Shown in pieces: positions 11,035 through 21,244 of a DNA stretch of 64,000 nucleotides. A program made the translations under genes and the position numbers. The notes below the pieces were generated by a model. The model was not told the DNA's origin, made no database searches, and saw only the letters and a list, made by a program, of their open reading frames with translations. Origin of the DNA: Hyaloraphidium curvatum SAG 235-1 (taxonomy: Eukaryota; Fungi; Monoblepharomycota); assembly GCA_025558095.1 (NCBI GenBank), contig JAIVFI010000002.1:1178001-1242000 (forward strand), read 5' to 3'. Positions within the stretch are counted from its first letter, which is position 1. Each line of letters begins with the position of its first letter.

Positions 11035-13814
11035 ATGAGCCTGCCCGCCGGGTTCCCCGCCGCCGCGCCGCCGCTGCCCGGGTCGGGCGACCTGCTCGCG
11101 TCGCTGCCGGTGGCCGAGCGCCGCAAGGCGCTGGAGAACCAGTCCAACTTCTCGCCCACGCGGCGCGACGGCGAGTCGCACATCCTCCGCCACCGCTCGG
11201 TGCCGTTCGACGTGCCGCTGCCGGAGCGGCCCGACCCGCTGACCGTGAGCCGCGCGCGCGCACGAGCTCGCCCGCCCTGACACGCCCGCAGCGCAACGTG
11301 TTCGACATCTTCGGCAACGGCCTCAGGTGCGTGTCGTCGCAGCGATAGCGGGCGCTCGGGGCCCCGTTTCCGCGCATGCGGCGTCTTGGAACGGGTTACC
11401 ACCGTCGCTTGGCCAGGAGCGGGTCGTGGAGGCCCGTTTCCGGGTGTGGGACCCCGCGGCGGAGTGTCTCCGCGAATGACTCCGCACCGGAGTGGCAGCC
11501 CGATCGGCCTTCGGTATGCCGCTATCGGCACCTGGCCCGATTGAAAGACGGCGCTGGCCGCGGGATTCGGCGTGCCGGTCGCTGATTCCGCGTTCCCGTC
11601 CTCCAGGAAGGTCCCGGACTTCCCGTGCCTGGGATGGCGGAAGCAGGAGGGCGGCCCGTACATGTGGAAGACCTACAAGGAGGTCAGTACCCGTGCTCGA
11701 TTGTTTCAAGGTACCTTTGCTGACCGGCCGGATAGGTCTACGAGGACGTCGAGGTCGTCGGCTCGGCCCTGATCAACGCCTGCGGCATGAAGCCCGGCGA
11801 GGAGGCCTTTGTCGGCCTCTATGCCAACAACTGCCCCGAGTGGACCATTGTCGACATTGCGTGCGCGGCGTACAGCCTGATCACGGCGACCATGTGGGCA
11901 GCGCCGGTCAAGGTGCCTGTGATCCCGTCTGACTCCGTCTGCCGCCGCCAGGTACCCGACCTTTGACGACGAGGCCATCGGCTACATCGTCAACCTCTGC
12001 GACATCTCCACCGTCTTTGTCCAGCGCGTCAACGTCGCCCGGCTGTTCGGCCTCGGGTCCAAGCTGCCTTCGATGAAGCACGTGATCGTCATGGACGACG
12101 AGCTCTCGGGCGCGGACCGCGACAAGGCCGGCCAGCTCGGCTGGAACATCATGAGCTGGAAGGAGTTCACGGCCAAGGGGCAGCAGGCGCGCGTGCCCGT
12201 GTGCCCGCCTTCGAACCCCAAGGCGATGTACTCGCTCTGCTTCACGGTGGGTCATTGCTGTGGGCACTTTGCTTTCAACATGTCTGACTTCGCCTGCTGG
12301 TGACAGTCCGGCACCACCGGCACGCCCAAGGGCGCGATCCTGACCCACGTCGGGATGACGGCGATGGTAGGTTGACTTCGTTCGGTCAGCTTGGCCGGCC
12401 CAACATGCCGCTCCTTCCAGATCACCGTCCTCCGCACCGTGTTCCCCAGCACTTTCTACACCCCCGGCGAGGACATCCACATCTCCTACCTCCCCCTGGC
12501 CCACATCTTCGAGCGCACCGCCATCCTGGCCATGTTCTACGGCGGCGTCGCCGTGGGCTACTTCCGCGGCGACAACCTCAAGCTGCTCGAGGACATCCAG
12601 GAGCTCAAGCCCACCTTCTTCAACGCCGTGCCCCGCGTCATCGGCCGCATCGTCGACACGGTACAGAACACGGTGGACGCGAGCGCGGTGGTCAAGTTCC
12701 TCTTCAACCGCGCCTACAACTCGAAGCTCTCCACGCTCGAGAACCAGGGCCTCGTGACCAAGGACACCCTGTTCGACCGCCTGCTCTTCAAGAAGATCCA
12801 GGCCGTCACGGGCGGCCGCGTCAAGTCCATGATCTCGGGCGCCGCGCCCATCTCGGCCAAGTCGCTCGAGTTCCTCCGCGTCGTCTTCGGGACCAACGTC
12901 TGCGAGGGCTACGGACAGACCGAGTCGCACGCGGCCATCACCATCACCTCGTTCGGCGACGTCTGGCTGCCATACGGGAACCACATCGGCCCCCCGGTGC
13001 CGTGTGTCGAGGTCAAGCTCGTGGACGTGCCGGAGATGAAGTACCTGGCGACGGACAAGCCGCACCCGCGCGGCGAGATCTGCTTCCGCGGGCCCAACGC
13101 CATGCTCGGTCGGTCCAAGTGGCACCCTTCGCCTGCTTCCATTCTGATCCCATCTTCTGACAGGCTACTACAAGGAGCCCGCCAAGACGGCCGAGACCAT
13201 TGATTCCGAGGGCTGGGTCCACACCGGCGACGTCGGCATGATCCTGCCCAACGGCTGCGTCAAGATCGTCGACCGCGTCAAGCACATCGTGCGTCGCGAC
13301 GTTGCCTCGATCCTTCGGCGCCTCTCACGCGTTTCCGTTTCCAGTTCAAGCTCCAGCAGGGCGAGTACGTCGCCCCCGAAAAGGTCGAGACCGTCTACGT
13401 GCGGTCCAAGTACGTCGCCCAGGCCTTCGTCTACGGCGACTCGCTCCAGCGCTTCCTCGTCGGCGTCATCGTCCCCGACGCGGAGCAGCTGCTCATCTGG
13501 GCCAAGGCCAACGGGCTGGGTGGCAAGACGCTGGAGCAGCTGTGCAAGGACAAGAAGGTGGAGGAGATGATCCTGAAGGACCTCCAGGCCGTCGCCAAGG
13601 CCAACCAGATCCCCGGGTTCGAGCAGTGCAAGGTCGGTCCGCGCCCTCGCGGCCCGTTTGGTCGCCTTTCTGACCCCCCGCGCAGTACATCCACCTCTCG
13701 CCCGACATGTTCACGGTCGAGAACGGCCTGCTCACCCCGACCATGAAGTCCAAGCGCAACGAGCTCAAGAAGTACTTCCAGAAGCAGCTAGACGAGATGT
13801 ATGCCCGCCTCTGA
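11035..13814 (+). CDS. Long-chain fatty acyl-CoA synthetase (ACSL/Faa2-like) with PTS1 (ARL), spliced
   Basis: FT-SGTTGTPKG, SYLPLAHIFER, EGYGQTE, PRGEICFRG, GWVHTGDVG, FKLQQGEYVAPEKVE, ENGLLTPTMKSKR. Ends LDEMYARL*. Confidence 0.93.
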
Positions 13815-13914
13815 GCCGGCTATGTGCTCCTATGTGCAATGATTGACAGCTGATTAATTGAAAAAGCGTCACATTGAAGAAGTTGCCGTCGGGCACATCG
13901 ACCGTCCCGCCGAT

Positions 13915-15165
13915 CTACAAGCGGGCTTTCGGCGCGTTGTCACCCTCGTAGATGCGGAACTGCATCCCATGCCTCTCTGCCATGTTCTTCTCCCACTCGC
14001 GGATCGCCGGCGTGATCTTCTGCCCCCTGAATCCTCCCCTCAATGCCGGCGTCTCGACGTCCTTGTACGCGGGTTTCCAGGCGTCGGGCAACATCGGCGC
14101 GTCCGGGCAGGCCAGCCAGAGCCTCAGGAGGTGCCGCTTCCTCTCGAACTCGGCGTGGTCCTCGTACCCGGTCCGCGAGTGCAGCACGATGTGGTTGTTC
14201 ATGAACATCATGTCGCCGGGGAGCATGTGGCTGCGGTAGCACATGTCCTCACGGGCAAGGATGGCGTCGAAGTAGTCCAGAGCCTCGAGCTGCTTGGGCG
14301 TGAGCCGGGGGACGTCGGGGAAGGAAATCTGCGCCGTGCGGATGTGGTTGCGGATGTGGCGGCACGCCCAGCTGCCGTCGGGACTGCGGCCCATGATCGG
14401 AGCGAGGTAGTGCGGAGGTTCCTGAGAAAGGACAAGGAGGGTCGGTCACGGCTCGGAGCGACCGATTTCCCGCGCTCGACATACCTCTGGCGCCTCCTCT
14501 CCCTGGCGACCGAACGTCATTGGCTGATAGAGCTCCTGGAGCAGGTCCGGCCGCTCCGCCAGCATCACGTTATGGGCCCGGATCGAGGACGAAGCGATGC
14601 TCTCGCCACCGCTGATCGCCACCTTCAAGCAGAACAGTCCTGCCACGTCGGAGCCGTCCGAGTGGAAATCGAGCGCGGACCGCGAAGTGTAGCCGCGGCC
14701 AGAACTGCCCCTGTAGTCGACACCCACATCCCTGACGTTCGTCAGGAACAGAGATTCCTTCCCCTGCGGTCGGGCGACGCCAAGGTAGAGGCCAATTCCC
14801 CAGAAGATGAGCTCGAGATCCTCGGTGGAGTGCTCCGCAACGGGAAACCCGCGGAGGTTGATGATCCCGTTGCCCTCTTGGAGCTCGTCCCGAATGGCCT
14901 CCAGCACGGGGAGGAACGCGTCCAGCGGGAAGTCTTCCGGCAGCACCGAGAACAGATTGACCGGTGAGGGGTGTTTGCTCTTCAGGTGGGCCAGCGCCGC
15001 ACGGAGGTCGGCGATTTCCTCGGGGTACACCTGGCGGTAGAGCTTCCCCGGTTCCGCCGCCTGGCGCTCCAGGTCCGCCCGTGTCCAGCCTCCATTAGGC
15101 CAGGAGATTTCGCGGATCGGGACCTCGACGTTAAACCTGGAGGGTTCCGGCCAGAGGGGAGGCAT
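13915..15165 (-). CDS. TauD/TfdA-family Fe(II)/2OG dioxygenase with PTS1 (ARL), one intron
   Basis: GNGIINLRGFP, LDFHSDGSDVAGLFCL (HxD), GGES, PGDMMFMNN...LHSRT, RHLLRLWL. Ends NAPKARL*. Confidence 0.9.
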
Positions 15166-15610
15166 CGTCCGTCCGTCGGTTGCGCCACTGGGTGGCAAGA
15201 CTCGACGATGGCTTCTGGGAACGGAAATCAGGTTAGTGTGTGTTTGGGTTGCCGGAGCGCCGCCGCCGCCGAGAGACCAGCAACCGGGTCTGCCGACGCG
15301 ACGACGGTACGTGGGAGTTTGCGGACCTCCTATCGGGCGCGTTGCCCGGGGCCTGCGCCTGCTTAATGGCGCGGCCTCGTTCGCCTTAGGGTGCGCTGTT
15401 CCAGCGTACGCGGACGAGCAGCGACTGCACAAGACTCACTCCATCACCGCAAGAGCACTTCCCACTCTGAAGGCGCCAAGGAGCTTGTCGTCTCATTGTT
15501 CTTCTCATTCGACACAGATTTACAAGGTATTGTACTCTCCTCTGGGGATAGCTGGTTTCGTCGCTCTCCACCGTGCACCGAGACGCCTCGATCAAGTTCG
15601 CATGCGAGCG

Positions 15611-17121
15611 CTAGAGCGTCTTTGTCCCCGCCCGCGGCACGGTGCCCCTCCTCCGGAGCAGCGCCTCGGGCAGGCAGTCGTACTTCACCCTCGCGAGTTT
15701 CCAAATGTTCGCCGCGCACCCCGAAGACCCGAAGGCCCGGTCGCCGACCATCCCTTCGCACGAGGTGTAACCATCGCACGGCTTGAACTTTGCTGTCCGA
15801 AGGCCTCCGCATGTCCGCGAGCTGATGAAGGGCGATCCGGGCGCCTTGCATCCGCCGGAGAAGCCGGCTGTGCGGCCGACGACGTCGCGGCCATAGAAGC
15901 CCGAAGTGATGCTGAGGTACGTGCCCGGATATGATCGGCACGATGGCCGGATCATGGCGCCCTGGCAAGCGCCCGCGACGAGGCCGTAGCGGGCGGTGGG
16001 GGCCGGAGTCCGCTTGACCGTGGTGGTCCTGCGGCGGGTGGTGGTCCTCCGCGGCGCCGGGATCGTGGTAGTTGAGGCGGGAGGGTCGATCCGGGCATCG
16101 ATCGGGGTCCAGATGAAGCCCATGGTGTCGCCCTCCCCCGACATGATGCCGCCGGCGCCGTAGGCGATCTTGAAGTGGCCGCCGTTGCCCCACCAGGTTC
16201 CCCAGCTGTTCTTGCAGCTGAGGACGCCCTTGCTCGTCGCGGTCAACCCGCCGTTGGGCGCGTCGTCGTCGAAGCCATAGCACATAACCGCGTGGCCGCC
16301 GAGCACCTTGGCGCCCTTCCTGGGCCCGGGATAGACATAACTGGAGTTGAAGGAGGCCGAGACGTTTCCGAACCCCGGGAAATCGTCGTAGACAGTATAG
16401 CCCGTCAGGACGGCACCGTGGTTAAAGATGTGTGTCCGTACTGCCTCCCAGCTGTTCAGGGTGACGCTTTGCAGCGATCCAGTTCCGTTCCGAATCAGGT
16501 TCGACGCTGCAGGGCACTTCAAGACTCCACAACCCGGGCCTTCTGCTTCGGGAAGGCACTGTTCGGCAAAGACTCCCTGCTGGGCCGCCACATTCGCAGC
16601 CTCGTCGACGAACCAGCCCGAGTCACACTTGTTCTGCCCGAGGCAGTAGTAGAGGTGCCGCTCGGCAAGGTCCGGCTCCCCGGCAAAGTCTGGCGGGATG
16701 TGGGTTCGGCCGCGGTACGAGACCGTGGCCTCGAGGGCAGCGATGGCAGCGTAGGCCACGCATGAGCCGCAGGAGCCCTGGCTCTTCACGGAAGTGACTG
16801 CGTCGGGGAAGAATCAGTCGTTGGGGAGAGGGCTCGAAGACATGGGATCCTACCGTAGTTGTTGCCGTTGAGGGCCGAAAGGTCCCATCGCCGAATCCCG
16901 TTTATCCTCCCAGCGGAGCGATGGTCCTCGAACTCGGCGGCGAGCAGCGCTGCCCGGGCAGCCCGCTTGGAGCCGTCGGGGTCGCCGCGCGGGAAGTTGT
17001 TTTTCCCCAGGTTGGGCGGGGTCCACTGCGAAGGCTCGTCGGCCGCCGCGCCGCGGGCCAGGAAGGCCGCAAAGCCCAGAATGGTATAAAGTGAGAGTTG
17101 TTTCATTTCTCGCGGTTTCAT
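15611..17121 (-). CDS. Secreted papain-like (C1A) cysteine protease with C-terminal SUEL/Gal-lectin domain, one intron
   Basis: Signal peptide. QGSCGSCVAY (catalytic Cys), GGHAVMCYG (His), KNSWGTWWG (Asn). Thr/Arg-rich linker, then ACQG...C...ITSGFYGR...C...C-DG...C...FG..C...K...V.YDC. Confidence 0.85.
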
Positions 17122-17304
17122 GTTGAGGTGAATGGGTTTTCTTGAGGGTGAATCGTTGTGAGTCGCCGAGGGCCCGCCGCATTGCGTCCCTGTCCCTTAC
17201 ATTTGTCATGCGGAGTCAGGATGCGCCACACCAACCGCGCCAAAACGCCGCAACACCGCCAAAACGCCAACGCGGGAGTATTCTCGCTCATAGATATTCG
17301 CCCG

Positions 17305-19945
17305 TCACTCCAAAGGCACCCTGACGAACTCGGCCTCGCCGCTGACCCATCCCTGCTCGACGCCGACGAGCCTCAGCCTCGCCTTCCACTCCCACCGCCC
17401 CTGCTCCGGCAGCCCCGCGAGCGGCACCTGCGCCGCGCCGCACAGATCGTCCTGCGTACCGCGGTCCCAGTCCATGACCTGCACGGTGAGCCAGCCCCGG
17501 GCGAGGTCGCGGAGGAGCGCGGCCGGAGTCGGGTGGCTCGCCGTGGTTTGCCGAAGGCGAAGCGTGGGCAGATCCGACGCCGGCCAGACGGGGTTGAGTG
17601 TGCGCATGATCTTGCCCGACTTCGCGGCGGAAACAAGGTTCTCGCCCGTGAAGATCACATCTGCGGTAGTAGTATGAGTCATAAGGATGGCGGCGAGCAA
17701 TCGAACGCCAACACCCACAGGGATCGCTCGTCCCTCCGATGTCCTTGGGCGCGATATTTCCCCCCCGCATCGAAACGATCCGGATCGCCCAGCGTTCCGG
17801 CCTGCCGGGCACGGGCGGGGGCGTCGGGCTGGAGTTCTTGCCCCCGAGTCCTACCAAGCTCCCTGCGGCAGAGCCCATCGCCCCCACGAACCCGCTCACG
17901 GCAGCCACTCCGTCCGACATGTTCCCCGGCAGCCCGACCGCCTTGGCCACCCCGTCACCGGCCTTGACGATGCCTTCTCCGACCGCCTTCACCCCGTCCC
18001 CGACCGCCACCGCGGTTCCGACCACCACCCCGTGAGCAGGTCCGCCCACGTCCCCCGCCTTTGGCGTCGGCGCACCCACCGCCCCCGCCCTCCTCCTCGC
18101 CTCCGCCGCCCCGATCAGCCCCGCGATCCACCCCGTGGGCACCCTGATCCTGAACCTCGCCGCAACGGGCTTGTGGTCGCTCGACCCCACGTCCTCGCGG
18201 GACCAGTACCCCCTGCCCTCGACGGTCCCGGGCATGCCGTGGAACAGCACGCGGTCGCACCACGCGGGGAGCCGCTTGGTCTCGTACATGGGCGGCGCGG
18301 TCGAGCGGGTGCGCTTGAAGGTCGGGGGGAAGGTGATGGGCTGCTCGTGGAAGAGGGCAAAAGAGAGGCCAGAGCGGCGGTCGGCTGCGAGCTCGTCGCG
18401 GTCCAGGAGGGACTTGTACGGGGACTCCGCCTTGGTCGGCGGCGAGTCGGGCCCGGGCGGGGGGTTTGCGGCGAGGATGTGGTCGACGGTCGAGGCAATA
18501 TGCTCCCACAGCGTGCGGTCGGCCTCGGGGTCGTCGTCCTCGGGGGTGTCCTCGCGCTTCTCGGGGACGACGGGGAACGTCTCGCTGCGGACCAGGCCCG
18601 AGGGGCGGACGGCGTTCGAGGCGGCGCTGGCATCGGAGGAGAGGGAAGAGCTCGACGAGGTGGGCGACGAGAGGTTTAGGGAGGCGGTGGAGCTGCTTGA
18701 CGACTTGCGGCCCAGGCTGCCGATACGGCCAAAGAGCCCCTTCTTCTTGTCCTTGGGCGGCTCCTTGAACTCCTTCTTCTCCTCGCCGAACTCGAGGCGG
18801 TAGTTGAAGTCGCCGGCCCAGAAGACGGCGCCACTCTCGTGGAGGAAGTCGCGGTTCAGCTTGCTCACTATGCCGCGTACCGACTCGCGGTAGTCGGAGC
18901 GGCGCGCAGAGACGTGGCCCTCATGCGCGGCGAGGTGCGAGGAGAGGAAGCTGAGGGGGAAGCCGTAGTGGCGGAGGTGGAGGAGGATCGTGCCCTTGTT
19001 CTGGAGACGGGGAGCGAGATGCGATCAGAAAAGATTGCGGCGCCTCGCAAGGTCAGGAACACCCACGGGCCAAACGCCGACGAGTCCCGTGGCTTCGCTC
19101 TCCGCCCCGTCGCACTCCCACCCGGTGGCGCCAGCCTTGACGAACGCCGCGATCCGCATCTCGCCCAGCCCCTTCTGCCTGAGCAGCCTGTACCCCTTGG
19201 CGGTCATGTGCGCCGCCAGAAGCCCGTAAAAGGCGTCGCTGGTGGGCGCGCCGCCAGCCGACGAAGGCGGGTCCTCGTGCTTCTCCTTGTCCCACGAGCT
19301 CTCCTGCACGCCGACCACGACGAGCTCTTCCGCGAGGGATCCAAGCCACTTTTCGAAAGCGTCGTGAGAAGGGCGGGCGTTGCCGACGTTCCAGGTGCCG
19401 AAAACGGCGTCGAACTCGCGGAACGCGTCGTCGATAGGGACGAGTGACAGCGCGAGGGTGAGGTGGCCATCGGGGGGCATGTGGATGTGCTGCACGCCCG
19501 GCGTGGGGTTCAGCAGGCTCAGAGGGAGCTCGGCGGCGGCGATGGGGACCGAGCCGTCCGAGACTGTGAGTTTCATGGTCGAGGAGGAATCCAGTACGGC
19601 GATTTCCAGGGCCTGGAAGAACGGATAGACCGCGCCGGCGTCGGCGGCCGTTCCTGAGGGCGCAAGCACCGTTTCCGCGGCCAGGCTGCCCAGCTGCGCT
19701 TTTTCCAGGCCGGCCCGGAGCGCGGCGGCCGCGTCCACCAGCGCGACGCCCTTTGCTGCCTCCGACACCGCCGAAGCCCCGCCGGCCGCGATGGACACGA
19801 CAGCTTTCTCCGGCTTGTTTTGGAGCACGGCGGCGACGATTTGGGCGCGCAGCAGGAACCGCGGCGGCGCGGCGGGCGCGACGTCGGCCGGCAGGGCGAG
19901 CCCGGGCAGCAGCGTAGTCGGGGTGGCGGGCTCCGCGTCGGCCAT
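17305..19945 (-). CDS. Inositol polyphosphate 5-phosphatase with C-terminal C2 domain (and possibly an N-terminal C2-like region), spliced
   Basis: GTWNVG, VGVQE, FWAGDFNYR, PAWCDRVL, SSDHKPV. C2 motifs KDIGGTSDP, RTLNPVW, VMDWDRGTQDDLCG. Confidence 0.88.
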
Positions 19946-20246
19946 CGTGGAAACGGCGTGGAAATGTGTCCGATTGATGGGAAAGCGGCGATTGGCAGGC
20001 CTTCGCGGCCAACGGCCCTCCGGAGTCGGTCGGTCGTCCGACGGGCCCTGATCTGATCGATCCCGGTCGCGGGCATCGGCCTTGCTCGCTTCTGCTCATG
20101 CATCGCATCTCATGTGGCCGGAACGGCGGTTGACTTGCAAGAAAAGAGCAATTGGGACACCTGGAGGCGCCTGGAGCCGCAGAACTCGGTGAATCGACCT
20201 GTCGCCCGCCTCAGCTTTCTGGTCCACGTCAGCCCTTCCAGCGCCG

Positions 20247-20877
20247 ATGGCTGTCCCGCAGGAGGACAAACCTACACCAACGGCCCCCCTGTCGACGACC
20301 ACACATGCAAATGATGCTCCCGCCTACCCACCGCCTGCCTACGCCCCGCCGCTCGACTCGTTCGCCGACCGGGTGCAGCCGCCGCCGCCGCCGCCGCCGC
20401 CAGGCAACTACGCTGCCCCCGCGGAGCCCCGAAGTTGGTCAGACCACGCTCCACCAGGGGCACAGGAGGCCCCGGTGACGTACGCTCAGGCGGCGTGGGC
20501 GGCGGACATGGACAACTACCCGCCGCCGAAAAGGAGTTCCGCTTCGATCGGTCGGTATTCTCCTTCCCGCCATGGAACCTATTCAGCTGACTCTTCGGCG
20601 GTAACAGTGTGCACGGGACTCTTGCGGATGGTGCTGCTGCTCCTGCTATCGAGGTGGATCTTTGGTTGGGGGTGGGCATCCTCTCCTTCCTTCGAGCACC
20701 CATTTCCGCGGACACTGACACGCAGACATCGATCTTCTCCACAATGTCCGCAGGTACTGGTGGACCGGAATCGCCACCGTTGCCGCGGCCGGGTTCCTGC
20801 TGGCCGCATTTGTGCTCCTCGATCGCGCCAGGCGGAGGCGCAAGCGGTCCCGGATGGCGACGGTGGAGATGGGCTGA
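20247..20877 (+). CDS. Small Pro-rich membrane protein with PY motif, two introns
   Basis: Introns 20551-20607 and about 20653-20753 give ...SASIVCTGLLRMVLLLLLSRYWWTGIATVAAAGFLLAAFVLLDRARRRRKRS...*. N-terminus contains YPPPAY and a poly-Pro run from a CCG repeat. Confidence 0.6.
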
Positions 20878-21244
20878 TTTGCTTGGGGGGAGCGAAGCCT
20901 TGCATTTTTCTCAGCTGTCACACGGCGCAAGAGATATCGGTTCTTGAGACGGGAATTGCCGTCTGGCCGTCCGGCCCTTACTTCCGCCGCGGGGCCAACG
21001 ACCACGCCATGATTCCCCCCGCCAGTCACATCCCACCGTTCGTTGACTTCAGGATACTCTGAAAGCACAAACGGGCATTGGCGAACCCCGTCGACGCCTG
21101 GCGGGACGCCCCGGGTCTCTCGCCGGGTGCGGGCTGGTCTCGGTTCGTCAGCGCATGCGAACCCGCGCAGCTTTGTCAGCGAATCCGAGTCACGGCCGGG
21201 CGGGACGCTCGCCTCCGGCCTCCCGTCCAGACGATTCTCCAAGC

